From Candidatus Enterocola sp. (GTDB taxonomy: Bacteria; Bacteroidota; Bacteroidia; Bacteroidales; Paludibacteraceae), in the NCBI GenBank assembly GCA_045654205.1, contig JAZOMZ010000011.1:764-64763 (forward strand): DNA of 64,000 nt, read 5' to 3'. The notes under the pieces are model-generated. The model had not been told where the DNA came from. It saw nothing but the letters and a program-made list of their open reading frames with translations, and ran no database searches. Both the position numbers and the translations under genes were made by a program. Each line of letters begins with the position of its first letter. The stretch's first letter is position 1. Below are positions 35,945 to 45,304 of the stretch, one piece after another.

Positions 35945-36003
35945 AAAAATTATTATTTTTGTATTATTGTCACAATAAGTAAATAACCTAAATATATACG
36001 CGT

Positions 36004-39000
36004 ATGAAAAAATCATTACTAACCCTTATTTCGGCACTACTTTTGAGCGCCAGTTCTATGTTTGCCGATGTTACCTTTACGGTAAATGTGCCAGCGGGGA
36101 CAAAACAATGTTTCGTGGTTGGTGCCCTACCCGAACTTGCCAATTGGTCTGCAGGTTCACCTGTTGCTATGACCAAAGTAGACGGCAAAGACCAATTTAC
36201 AGTTACCATTGCAGGTATTACTGCCGATGATGTGAAAGCATCTGAAGGTTACAAATACCTTTGCGGTCCTAGTTGGGACTATGTTGAAAAAACAGCTTCA
36301 GGAGGTGAAGTGAGCAATCGTAAAACCATTGGCAACCCAGACACTGTGGGCAAATGGCTTAAGGTGTATGAAAGTGTTGGTATTGTAGAAAACTACACTA
36401 TAGGAGGCAAAAGTTATCCTATACAAATTCTACTTCCTACAGGCTACGACAAAACAAAAAAATATGACGTTACCTATATGTTTGGCCGTCACATGCGTTA
36501 TCGTGAGGCTGGTTCAGACACCGAAATGGGCGACCGCATACTTTATTCAGGCTCTTGGAATGTAGCATCTTCTATCGCTACAATGGAGTCAGAAGGTAGC
36601 AATCCAGGCATTATCGTAGTTATTTACGCTCAACTTCCTGAGTTTACCCCATGGGAAAACGAAGAATTTATGGGTACAGGTAAAGCAGACGCATTCCTAA
36701 ACGGTATAATCAATGACTTTATCCCTGCTTTTGAAGGTAAATATCCTGTAAACACAGAAAACCGCACCATTATGGGCGCAGACGTGGCAGGTCTATTTGC
36801 TTATTACGCAGCAGTAAAAAATCCTAAAGTGTTCGGCTCATGCGGTCTTTTCTCTCCTTCATTCTGGTACAACAGAAGAGAAATAGAAACATTTATAGAA
36901 AATACCAGACCTAGCGAAGACAATAAAACCAAATTTGTTTTCACCACAGCCAAATACGATATGGAATTTATGCGTGAAGACAACGAAGTGCTAAGTTTCT
37001 ACCTAAAAGATGCTGGTTTTACCGATATTAAATACCTAGACAGCGCATCTGGTATGCACGACGACAAAACTTGGGGTACCCAATTCCCTATTGTTTTCAA
37101 ATATTTAAAAGGAATAGAAACAGATGCTTCGCTTGAAACTCATAGTGCAAATCTTAGAGGTGCAAACCTAGAATCACAAATAGATGTACTTGAAGGAGTA
37201 ATAAGAAATGTCGATAAAACATGGACATTTATGAAAGGTGAAGGCACTACTTCCCTAACATGTACAAACTACAAAACCACAAAAGGTTCTTTCTATAAAG
37301 ATGGTAAAACAGCAACTCCAGCACAAATGATTGTTGTAGAGATTCCAGTTGATGGCAAAAAATATTCATACTATTGGAACTTAAACGACGGTAGCAATTG
37401 TAGTGGTTCTTTATTATTGTCTTCTCCTAAAAATATTGATTTTAAAACATCTAGAACAGCACCTTCTTGGCAACGCGTAGTTGTGTTTGAAGATGGTTCT
37501 TACACACAATCTGCTGTTAATGCTTCTATGTTTAAAATTAATGGCATGGTAGCCAAAGTAGGAGAAAACTTCACTGTAAGTGCAGTTTTAGAATTTGATA
37601 AAGACAAAACAGTGTCTGTACACTCAGGCACAGTAAACTCTGGTGGCGACAATGGAGAAATGGTAAGCGGTACTGTTTCTACCGATTGTACATCTGCAAG
37701 AGTTACATACTCTTACCTAACAAACCAACTTACCATTGAAGAAGGAATTGAATTTGAAGAAGAGGAAGAACCTATCGATTTAGCATACTTTGGTGGCGAA
37801 CCAGCTGTAGTACGCGTGGGTAGCACAGTAAAAGTGAAGGCAAAGATTAATAACCTAAACGGAAATACTGTAAACTACCGTATGAATCATAACAATAATT
37901 CTTCAAGTGCAATTACAATGACAAAAGGCACAGATGGCGAAGAATATTATACCATTAACAATGCACAAAGTGGTATTTATGGTTTCTATATGGACGTTAC
38001 AGTAAATGGTACCACAACCAAAGCATATCGCGCTGTGTATGTAAAAGTGCTTAGTGGCAACACTCTAGAAACTGTAATAGACAACAATCCATACGAAGAC
38101 ATTGATTGGAGTACTATTAATCAATTCAAAGGCAATTTCCATACACATACTACACAATCTAACGATGCAACAGATGGTTTCACCACAGCATATGTAGTAG
38201 ATAAATATTACAATGCTGGTTATAAGATTTTATCGCTTACAGACCACGATTACAACCCATATCCATGGGAACTTTTCCCTCAATTTATGTCTGGTATTAC
38301 AGGTCGTGACCCAAAATCACTAGGTATGCTTGCTGTACCAGGCAACGAATTAAGTAAAGACAACACAAACAATTGGGCAGAACGCACTGGTGGCCAATTT
38401 AATCACCACAACGACTTCTTTACAGGTCGTCAAGGTCAAGAATTCGCGTCACTTCAAGAGTCTTATGCTTATACATATGCTCTAGGTGGCATGCAAATTA
38501 TCAATCACCCAGGACAATATTGGGATTTGGGAACTACATATTCAGAAACTGCAAAAAATGGTCCTGGTTGGCATGCTAAAAACTTTAAAACCTACCCTTC
38601 TCTAATAGGTCTTGAAGTTTACAACCAAGGTAATCGTCGTCCTAACGACCGCATTCTTTGGGACCAAATTCTAGAAAGAACTATGCCTCAAAGACCAGTA
38701 TATGGTTATTCTTGCGACGATGCTCACAATGATAACCAATTATTTAAAAACTACAACTTTATGCTTATGGAAGATTTAACTACAGAAGAACTTAAAGACG
38801 CCATGAGAAAAGGTGAAACATATTTCTGTTACGAACCTAATGGTACAGGCAAAGGCAAAGCGCCACGTATCACTTCTATCAATGTTGATGAAGAAAATCA
38901 AACTATCACAATAGAAACAGACGGATTCGTACAATGGATTTATGGTACAGATAAAACTTCTTCAGCTGCATCATCTACCAGAAGTTCTGTTGTTGGTATT

Positions 39001-39366
39001 GGTAATACTTTCTCTTATAAAGGTTTCCAAGGCACATATGTGCGTGCATTCATTACCAACCAATTTGGTGAAACATGTACTCAACCTATCACATTTGTAG
39101 ATCCAAATGCTCCAACAGACATAGAAGAAACAGATGCAACTACATTGTCATTAATAGTATATCCAAATCCAACAACAGACGATGTTAATGTGTTTATGAA
39201 CGAATCTAAATTAGAGTCTGAAATAAACGTATATGACCTAAACGGCAAACAAGTAATTTCTACCGAGGTAGCAGGCGCTGTAACAAAGATTCCAACCTCT
39301 ATACTTCCAAACGGTATGTATATTGTAAAATCTGGCGAAAGAACAGCTAAATTTATCAAGAAATAA
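36004..39366 (+). CDS. T9SS-secreted multidomain protein: CBM20, esterase-like alpha/beta domain, beta-rich middle, PHP-like domain, Por C-terminal sorting domain
   Basis: Signal peptide. CBM20-like VTFTVNVPAG..VVGALPELANW..YKY. Putative-esterase region with GADVAG where GxSxG is expected. PHP-like GNFHTHTTQS, SLTDHD, INHPG and CDDAHN. C-terminal YPNPTTD...VYDLNGKQV...GMYIV. Confidence 0.8.
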   Translation: MKKSLLTLISALLLSASSMFADVTFTVNVPAGTKQCFVVGALPELANWSAGSPVAMTKVDGKDQFTVTIAGITADDVKASEGYKYLCGPSWDYVEKTASGGEVSNRKTIGNPDTVGKWLKVYESVGIVENYTIGGKSYPIQILLPTGYDKTKKYDVTYMFGRHMRYREAGSDTEMGDRILYSGSWNVASSIATMESEGSNPGIIVVIYAQLPEFTPWENEEFMGTGKADAFLNGIINDFIPAFEGKYPVNTENRTIMGADVAGLFAYYAAVKNPKVFGSCGLFSPSFWYNRREIETFIENTRPSEDNKTKFVFTTAKYDMEFMREDNEVLSFYLKDAGFTDIKYLDSASGMHDDKTWGTQFPIVFKYLKGIETDASLETHSANLRGANLESQIDVLEGVIRNVDKTWTFMKGEGTTSLTCTNYKTTKGSFYKDGKTATPAQMIVVEIPVDGKKYSYYWNLNDGSNCSGSLLLSSPKNIDFKTSRTAPSWQRVVVFEDGSYTQSAVNASMFKINGMVAKVGENFTVSAVLEFDKDKTVSVHSGTVNSGGDNGEMVSGTVSTDCTSARVTYSYLTNQLTIEEGIEFEEEEEPIDLAYFGGEPAVVRVGSTVKVKAKINNLNGNTVNYRMNHNNNSSSAITMTKGTDGEEYYTINNAQSGIYGFYMDVTVNGTTTKAYRAVYVKVLSGNTLETVIDNNPYEDIDWSTINQFKGNFHTHTTQSNDATDGFTTAYVVDKYYNAGYKILSLTDHDYNPYPWELFPQFMSGITGRDPKSLGMLAVPGNELSKDNTNNWAERTGGQFNHHNDFFTGRQGQEFASLQESYAYTYALGGMQIINHPGQYWDLGTTYSETAKNGPGWHAKNFKTYPSLIGLEVYNQGNRRPNDRILWDQILERTMPQRPVYGYSCDDAHNDNQLFKNYNFMLMEDLTTEELKDAMRKGETYFCYEPNGTGKGKAPRITSINVDEENQTITIETDGFVQWIYGTDKTSSAASSTRSSVVGIGNTFSYKGFQGTYVRAFITNQFGETCTQPITFVDPNAPTDIEETDATTLSLIVYPNPTTDDVNVFMNESKLESEINVYDLNGKQVISTEVAGAVTKIPTSILPNGMYIVKSGERTAKFIKK

Positions 39367-39388
39367 GAGATTCAAAAAAATAACAAAA

Positions 39389-39421
39389 GGAGGCTACTAA
39401 ACTTAGTAACCTCCTTTTTTA
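39389..39421 (+). terminator. Rho-independent terminator
   Basis: ggaggctacta-aact-tagtaacctcc followed by TTTTTT. Confidence 0.75.
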
Positions 39422-39652
39422 TTGGCCCCAAGAAATTTCAATACTATTTCATTATGTTATGCCGGCGATAGAATTTTTGGCACAAGATAAAATGCCATTG
39501 GGTTTAATTATAGATTAACATTATAACACCAACACAAAGAGTTGCCCCAAAAAAAATGCGTGCAACTCTTGTTTTTTCTGTACCTGTACCGCAATTTGAT
39601 ACACACTACCTTTATATTTGCAAAAAGAAAGAATAATTACTACCTTTACATT

Positions 39653-39919
39653 ATGAAGTTACTTTTTATCATATTAGTTTTGTTGCCAATCATATTTTTT
39701 GTATTTGCACTAATTGTAAACATCTACCTTATAGGAACAGGTAAAATGACAAGAGAAGAATTGGCAAAGAAAGTGGCTTTAAATAAAGAAAATCAAAGAA
39801 AAAAAGCAGAACAAAAAGAAAAAAGGCAAACAATTAAAAAAGAAAGGTTCTTCTTTAGATTATATATCATATCCCTCACCTCTAAACAATCCGGGACTTT
39901 GGAACTAATTTTACAATAA
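39653..39919 (+). CDS. 88-aa single-TM protein with TGKMT motif and Lys-rich tail
   Basis: Start at MKLLFIILVLL, with a TAtaTTTG box at 39613-39620. Paralogous to 40540-40785. Confidence 0.55.
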   Translation: MKLLFIILVLLPIIFFVFALIVNIYLIGTGKMTREELAKKVALNKENQRKKAEQKEKRQTIKKERFFFRLYIISLTSKQSGTLELILQ

Positions 39920-39934
39920 CCAAACAATAAAAAT

Positions 39935-40246
39935 ATGAATTTGAGAATCCTTAAATACATTTTACCCTTGTTTGCTGTATCTGGATTTGCAGCATCTCCA
40001 ATCTCAGAATGTAACTTCAATGGTATTACGCTTAATGGGAAAGTAAAGATTGTGACACATAATGCAGATATAAAAGTAAAAGTAGTAGAACATGCAGCAG
40101 ATATAGATGTTCAAATAGTTACTTATGCTCCAAATGACTGTGGAGAATGGCAAATAGTTACATACGATGAAGATTTTACTATTCAGTTTGTGGATTATGC
40201 AGAAGACATCACCATAGAATTTGTCACATACAACCCCGGTACCTAA
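39935..40246 (+). CDS. Small secreted protein built from ~11-aa beta-strand repeats
   Basis: Signal peptide, then KIVTHNADIKV, KVVEHAADIDV, QIVTYAPNDCGEW, QIVTYDEDFTI, QFVDYAEDITI and EFVTYNPG. Confidence 0.6.
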   Translation: MNLRILKYILPLFAVSGFAASPISECNFNGITLNGKVKIVTHNADIKVKVVEHAADIDVQIVTYAPNDCGEWQIVTYDEDFTIQFVDYAEDITIEFVTYNPGT

Positions 40247-40291
40247 AAAATGCACCTAGCTTAATTGACATTTTTTATTTATATTTGCAGT

Positions 40292-40453
40292 ATGGAAATT
40301 CTTTATTACATATTCGCTATTCTACTAATAATTGCACTATTTGCTCTACTTGTAGTACCTATTTGGTATGGAATTAAACAAGCAAGAAACAAATCTAATG
40401 ATAGCAAAACAACTGTTATCAACATCGTAATCACAGAGGAATCTAACCCTTAA
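40292..40453 (+). CDS. 53-aa single-TM protein
   Basis: MEILYYIFAILLIIALFALLVVPIWYG. The TAtaTTTG box ends 4 nt before the ATG. Confidence 0.5.
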   Translation: MEILYYIFAILLIIALFALLVVPIWYGIKQARNKSNDSKTTVINIVITEESNP

Positions 40454-40539
40454 ACGATTCTGCTTCCTTTCTCCTTATCCACTCCAATTCCTAGAGAGTT
40501 GGAATATATCCGAAAGAAAGAAGCTGCAGCGGTTAAAGA

Positions 40540-40785
40540 TTAAAAAACACTCATCATACGTGAAATAAGAGGAGGTAATGAAGAGCTATTTGATTTTTTT
40601 AGTGATTTACGGTTTTTCTCTTTTTGCACCATGTTGTTAATATCTTCCATTGTCATCTTGCCTGTTAAAAGACATATAACAAAGTACAGCATAGAACCTA
40701 TAAAGGTGACTACGCTAACGACAATAACTGTTATTAACAAGAATTTTAGATCATCCATATTGCAATAATACGAAATAATTTTCAT
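40540..40785 (-). CDS. Small single-TM protein with TGKMT motif (paralogue of 39653-39919)
   Basis: LLTGKMTMEDINNMVQKEKNRK compared with LIGTGKMTREELAKKVALNKENQRK. The minus-strand TAatTTTG (40790-40797) ends 4 nt before ATG 40785. An alternative start is at 40758. Confidence 0.5.
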   Translation of the reverse strand: MKIISYYCNMDDLKFLLITVIVVSVVTFIGSMLYFVICLLTGKMTMEDINNMVQKEKNRKSLKKSNSSSLPPLISRMMSVF

Positions 40786-41186
40786 TTGTCAAAATTATGG
40801 CACAAAGTACATTAAATTTTACTATCAATCTTGGCGGAACTGCTTATACAGGAATCGCCCAGATAGACAAGGCTTACAATGGGCATCCATCACCAAAATA
40901 AATATAATGCAATATAAAACAAGGTTAGAATGATTGAGAACGGATTGCTTACCCGGGACAATTATCTATCCTTGTTTTTTTATTTTATTTACATCAAAAT
41001 GCTTCTCATCTTGAATGTGATGTGGACTCATAACTCCATCACAAGCGGATCAATTGCTAGAACTTTTCTAATTTCTACATTAATATTACACCAATTTAAC
41101 ATCAATATGACATAAATATTATGCAAATATTAGATTATTTCCACAAAAATATATAACTTTGCATTAACAACTTAAATAATAAAACT

Positions 41187-41489
41187 ATGCCACAAGTTTC
41201 AATGACAGTAAGAATGGATTCTGATTTAAAAAAATCATTTAATTCACTATGTTCAGAATTTGGAATGAGTACAAATGTTGCTATTAATATTTTTGCCAAA
41301 GCAGTTGTACAAAGACGCTGTATTCCATTTGAAATCAGATCTGAATCAAAAACAGATTACACAACTAGTGCTCTTAATGATTTTTATGAATTAAGAAGCA
41401 TTGCCGCTAAAAGCGACAACGCAGACCTATCTTTAGAAGAAATTAATAATGAAATAAAACAATCTAGAAAAGAAAGATTAAGAAAATGA
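41187..41489 (+). CDS. RelB/DinJ-family antitoxin
   Basis: Ribbon-helix-helix N-terminus VSMTVRMDSDLKKSFNSLCSEFGMSTNVAINIFAKAVV. TAacTTTG box at 41154-41161. Confidence 0.8.
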   Translation: MPQVSMTVRMDSDLKKSFNSLCSEFGMSTNVAINIFAKAVVQRRCIPFEIRSESKTDYTTSALNDFYELRSIAAKSDNADLSLEEINNEIKQSRKERLRK

Positions 41490-41759
41490 ATATAGTACTA
41501 GATACAAATGTTCTAGTTTCTGCATTATACACATCTAATTCTGAATCTCCAACTGTGAAGATAATAGAACTCGTATTTTGTGGCAAACTTACATTGTTAT
41601 GCAACAATGAAATTTGACGATAAAATTTTTTACGAAGTTGCTTTATCAGTAGATAATACATATTTAACAACTGGTAATATTAAACACTTCCCAAAATCTC
41701 CTTTTGTAGTTACTCCTACTAAATTATTAGAAATATTTAATTCTAAGGAACTTTCATAA
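41486..41759 (+). pseudogene. PIN-domain toxin gene, disrupted (internal deletion plus frameshift)
   Basis: ATGA overlap with the relB stop. MNIVLDTNVLVSAL... ends at a stop after 43 aa (41617). The C-terminal part FDDKIFYEVA..YLTTGNIKHFP continues in another frame to 41759. The two parts together give ~93 aa, against ~135-145 aa expected. Confidence 0.7.
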
Positions 41760-41764
41760 AACCA

Positions 41765-41800
41765 AAGCAACGTTTCATTACTGAAACGTTGCTTTTATTT
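41765..41800 (+). terminator. Rho-independent terminator
   Basis: aagcaacgtttca-ttac-tgaaacgttgctt followed by a T-rich tail. Confidence 0.7.
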
Positions 41801-41880
41801 ATATTGCTCTAATATTTGTAGTACACCATTGCAGCATAGTGCTGTAGAGAGTGTTTCCAAGGCAGATATAAAAAGAAAAA

Positions 41881-41906
41881 AGACCTCAGAAATTCTGAAG
41901 TCTTTT
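41881..41906 (-). terminator. Hairpin downstream of tRNA-Pro
   Basis: agacctcaga-aatt-ctgaagtct with T-runs. Confidence 0.6.
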
Positions 41907-41911
41907 TGTTG

Positions 41912-41986
41912 TCGGGATACCAGGATTCGAACCTGGGACCCCCTGCTCCCAAAGCAGGTGCGCTAACCGGACTGCGCTACATCCCG
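41912..41986 (-). tRNA. tRNA-Pro: tRNA-Pro (anticodon TGG)
   Basis: The reverse complement CGGGATGTAGCGCAGTCCGGTTAGCGCACCTGCTTTGGGAGCAGGGGGTCCCAGGTTCGAATCCTGGTATCCCGA folds as a cloverleaf. The anticodon loop TTTGGGA gives UGG. CCA is not encoded. Confidence 0.9.
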
Positions 41987-42084
41987 TGTTTCTCTCAATT
42001 GCGATGCAAAGATAGTACACTTTTTTGAATCTACCAAATATTAGATAAGAAAAATTACAAAAAAATGATTTTTTTTGAGTTTAT

Positions 42085-43077
42085 TTACTTCACAAATATC
42101 TCTAAAAGTTTAACATTCTCATTTTCAGGAATTAACGCCACAGGTAGGTCACAAGCAGGAAATAGAATAGTTTCACCCCTACTTATCTTTCCATTAAATT
42201 TTCTTTGAGAAGTAAACACAGCACTACCTTCTACACACATAAAAACTACAAAAGAATCCAATCCACTGTAGTCAAATTTTACAAATGTATCTGCAGTAAT
42301 TAAATTTATAGTAAAGTAACCACATTCTTTAAGCTTAATAGGTTTACATAGTCTATTCTTGTTATATGCGGTCTTATAATTTCTATAAACTTTATAATCT
42401 ATAGATTCCAGAGCCTTATCCAAATGAAGCTCACGAGGCTTACCATTTGCATCTACTCTATTGTAATCATACAAACGATAAGTAGCATCAGAAGTTTGTT
42501 GAATTTCTGCAATAAGGAGTCCCGCACCAATAGCATGCACCCTACCAGCAGGCAAAAAGTACGCATCACCATTAGAAACTTCTTCTTTATTTAATAACTG
42601 ACAAACAGCACCACTTTCCACTGCAGTACGCAACTCACCAGACGTGCAGTTTTTGCTAAGTCCTGCATAAAGCGAAGCACCTTCTTCTGCCTCTATCACA
42701 TACCAAAACTCTGTTTTACCATTGCTTTGTCTATGCTTACGAGCCATTTCATCATCAGGATGCACCTGTACAGACAAATCCTGATTGGCATCTATAAATT
42801 TAAAAAGCAAAGGAAACTGATTACCATAACGCTGGTAAACAGTCTCCCCTACAAAAATTTCTTTATATTTCTGTATAAGATCATTCAAAGAAGTACCTTT
42901 TAAATACCCATCACTCACCACTGAGATATCATTCTGTACACCAGAGATTTCCCAACTTTCACCTATTTTTTCATCATTAGGTTCTAGATTCTTTAAATCA
43001 AGAATCTTATTTCCTCCCCAAATGGTATTTTTATAAATAGGTTGAAAACGTAGTGGATATAAAGGAGCTTTAACCAT
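42085..43077 (-). CDS. manA: Mannose-6-phosphate isomerase, class I
   Basis: Cupin-type PMI motifs SVQVHPDD and GRVHAIGAGLLIAEIQQTSD. Confidence 0.85.
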   Translation of the reverse strand: MVKAPLYPLRFQPIYKNTIWGGNKILDLKNLEPNDEKIGESWEISGVQNDISVVSDGYLKGTSLNDLIQKYKEIFVGETVYQRYGNQFPLLFKFIDANQDLSVQVHPDDEMARKHRQSNGKTEFWYVIEAEEGASLYAGLSKNCTSGELRTAVESGAVCQLLNKEEVSNGDAYFLPAGRVHAIGAGLLIAEIQQTSDATYRLYDYNRVDANGKPRELHLDKALESIDYKVYRNYKTAYNKNRLCKPIKLKECGYFTINLITADTFVKFDYSGLDSFVVFMCVEGSAVFTSQRKFNGKISRGETILFPACDLPVALIPENENVKLLEIFVK

Positions 43078-43078
43078 C

Positions 43079-44350
43079 TTATTTAATCATATCAAATCCT
43101 GTATATGGAACCAATGCCGCTGGGATACGTATTCCTTCTGGAGTTTGGTTGTTTTCTAAAAGCGCAGCCAAAATACGTGGAAGAGCTAGTGCACTACCAT
43201 TTAATGTGTGACATAATTGTGTTTTCTTGTCTGCACCTTTGTATCTACATTTTAAACGATTTGCTTGATAGCTTTCAAAGTTTGATACAGAACTTACTTC
43301 TAACCAACGTTTTTGTGCTTCTGAATACACTTCAAAGTCGAATGTAATGGCAGAAGTAAAACTCATATCACCGCCGCAAAGACGAAGGATTCTATATGGA
43401 AGTTCTAGTTTCTTAACCAAGTTTTCTACATGGTCAATCATTTCTTTTAAGCTTTCGTATGAGTGCTCTGGAGTATCAATACGCACGATTTCTATTTTTG
43501 AGAACTCGTGAAGACGATTCAAACCACGCACATCTTTGCCATAAGAACCAGCTTCTCTACGGAAACATTGTGTGTAAGCACAGTTTTTGATAGGAAGTTG
43601 ATTTTCGTTTAAGATAACATCACGATAAATATTGGTTACTGGCACTTCTGCAGTAGGAATTAAATACAAATCGTCCGCTGTGGCGTGATACATTTGACCT
43701 TCTTTGTCAGGTAATTGACCTGTACCATAACCAGAAGCTGCATTTACCACTGTAGGAGGCATAATTTCTTCGTAACCAGCATTGCGTGCTTCGTCTAGGA
43801 AGAAATTGATAAGCGCACGTTGAAGTCTAGCACCTTTACCTTTATACACAGGGAAACCTGCACCTGTTATCTTAACACCTAGTTCAAAGTCGATTAGGTC
43901 ATATTTTTTTGCCAATTCCCAGTGTGGAAGAGCGTCTGCTGGAAGGTCTTCTAAATTTCCACCAGTTTTTTCTACCACATTATCTTCTGCAGTGCGACCT
44001 TCTGGCACTTCATTGTTTGGAAGGTTTGGAATAGTAAGCAAGATTTCTGTAATTTCTTTTTCCAAAGATTCTTGTTTTTCAGAAAGTGCTTTACTTTCTT
44101 CTTTTATTTGAGCGATTTGTGCTTTTAAAGCATTTGCTTCTTCTGCTTTGCCTTGTTTAAAGCAATCTCCCACTTGTTTAGATAGTTGATTTACCTGAGA
44201 TAAAGCATTATCTGCCGCACCTTGAGCTGCTTTTCTTTCTTTATCTAAAGCCACTACTTTTTCTATAACTTCTTTTCCGTCAAAATGTTTCTTAGCCAGT
44301 CTAAGAACTACATCTTCTGTATTTTCTGTGATGTATTTTAATGTTAACAT
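43079..44350 (-). CDS. serS: Serine--tRNA ligase
   Basis: N-terminal coiled-coil arm plus a class II core (FRREAGSYGKDVRGLNRLHEF, GSALALPR). Confidence 0.95.
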   Translation of the reverse strand: MLTLKYITENTEDVVLRLAKKHFDGKEVIEKVVALDKERKAAQGAADNALSQVNQLSKQVGDCFKQGKAEEANALKAQIAQIKEESKALSEKQESLEKEITEILLTIPNLPNNEVPEGRTAEDNVVEKTGGNLEDLPADALPHWELAKKYDLIDFELGVKITGAGFPVYKGKGARLQRALINFFLDEARNAGYEEIMPPTVVNAASGYGTGQLPDKEGQMYHATADDLYLIPTAEVPVTNIYRDVILNENQLPIKNCAYTQCFRREAGSYGKDVRGLNRLHEFSKIEIVRIDTPEHSYESLKEMIDHVENLVKKLELPYRILRLCGGDMSFTSAITFDFEVYSEAQKRWLEVSSVSNFESYQANRLKCRYKGADKKTQLCHTLNGSALALPRILAALLENNQTPEGIRIPAALVPYTGFDMIK

Positions 44351-44457
44351 ATACTTTAATTTTTACACAAATGCAAATTTATAAATAAAATTAGGGGATA
44401 CCAAATTTTTTATTGGTTATCCCCTAAAATTATGAGTTTTTTTATTACGTATCGTAA

Positions 44458-44718
44458 TTAAGCTTCTACTGCTTGTACTGAAACGAATGATTTGTTGTCT
44501 CTTTTTTTGCGGAATACAACAACACCATCGATTAAAGCAAATAAAGTGTGGTCTTTACCAATACCTACGTTTTCACCTGGATTGTGAACAGTACCACGTT
44601 GTCTTACGATAATGTTACCTGCTTTTGCAAATTGACCACCATAGATTTTTACACCAAGTCGTTTGCTTTCTGATTCACGGCCGTTCTTAGAACTACCGAC
44701 ACCTTTCTTATGTGCCAT
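44458..44718 (-). CDS. rpmA: 50S ribosomal protein L27
   Basis: [24 protein letters not shown]. Confidence 0.95.
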   Translation of the reverse strand: MAHKKGVGSSKNGRESESKRLGVKIYGGQFAKAGNIIVRQRGTVHNPGENVGIGKDHTLFALIDGVVVFRKKRDNKSFVSVQAVEA

Positions 44719-44740
44719 CTTTTTAGTCTCCTTTCTTTAA

Positions 44741-45052
44741 TTAAGCGATAACATCTTTAATTACTAACTCTGTGAAGCTTTGACGGTGTCCGTTTTTAAC
44801 GCGATAACCTTTTCTTCTTTTCTTTTTGAAAACGATTACTTTTTCGCCTTTAACGTGAGACACTACTTCAGCTACTACTTTAGCGCCTTCTACTACAGGA
44901 GCGCCAACTTTGATTTGTCCGTCAGCATCAACTAAAAGAACTTGTGTAAATTCAACACTTGCACCACGTTCTTCGTTTAGACGGTGAACATACAATTTTT
45001 GGTCTTTAGAAACCTTGAATTGTTGTCCAGCGATTTCAACAATTGCGTACAT
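44741..45052 (-). CDS. rplU: 50S ribosomal protein L21
   Basis: Start at [14 protein letters not shown]. The ORF-track start at 45148 adds 32 non-homologous codons. TAtcTTTG box at 45138-45145. Confidence 0.95.
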   Translation of the reverse strand: MYAIVEIAGQQFKVSKDQKLYVHRLNEERGASVEFTQVLLVDADGQIKVGAPVVEGAKVVAEVVSHVKGEKVIVFKKKRRKGYRVKNGHRQSFTELVIKDVIA

Positions 45053-45235
45053 AATTATAATTAATTTATAAAATACCTTCCTAAGGTGCGCAGCACTATG
45101 CCAACGTCTTAAAACATACCCTTTGGAAATACGGGCACAAAGATACAACTATTTTTTCACTCCACCAAGAAAAATTCCCATGTTTTTTATTGATTATTAG
45201 GTCATTTATCCACCCCCTACTAAAAAAACTTTTTA

Positions 45236-45272
45236 CAAAAAAAAATAGAGACTGATATTTCTATCAGCCTCT
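45236..45272 (-). terminator. Terminator after the amylase gene
   Basis: agaggctgata-gaaa-tatcagtctct followed by T9 on the minus strand. Confidence 0.75.
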
Positions 45273-45304
45273 ACTTTAAAATTTTTATTTAGTAATCTCT
45301 GCGA

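Noticed and set aside
39430-39585. A possible small RNA: an orphan hairpin (agagttgc...gcaactct plus T-run at ~39538-39580) with no upstream plus-strand gene other than one already terminated at 39421.
   Set aside because: I could not find a convincing promoter or conserved structure by eye. It may simply be a second back-up terminator or an AT-rich accident.
39367-41911. An intact integrated mobile element at tRNA-Pro.
   Set aside because: I found no integrase, no duplicated tRNA 3' segment and no recognisable phage or conjugation genes. I keep it only as a possible eroded remnant.
45053-45145. A structured 5' leader upstream of rplU-rpmA (a possible ribosomal-protein leader).
   Set aside because: I could see only a short ccc...ggg hairpin and have no known Bacteroidota L21 leader model to compare against. 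The evidence is insufficient.
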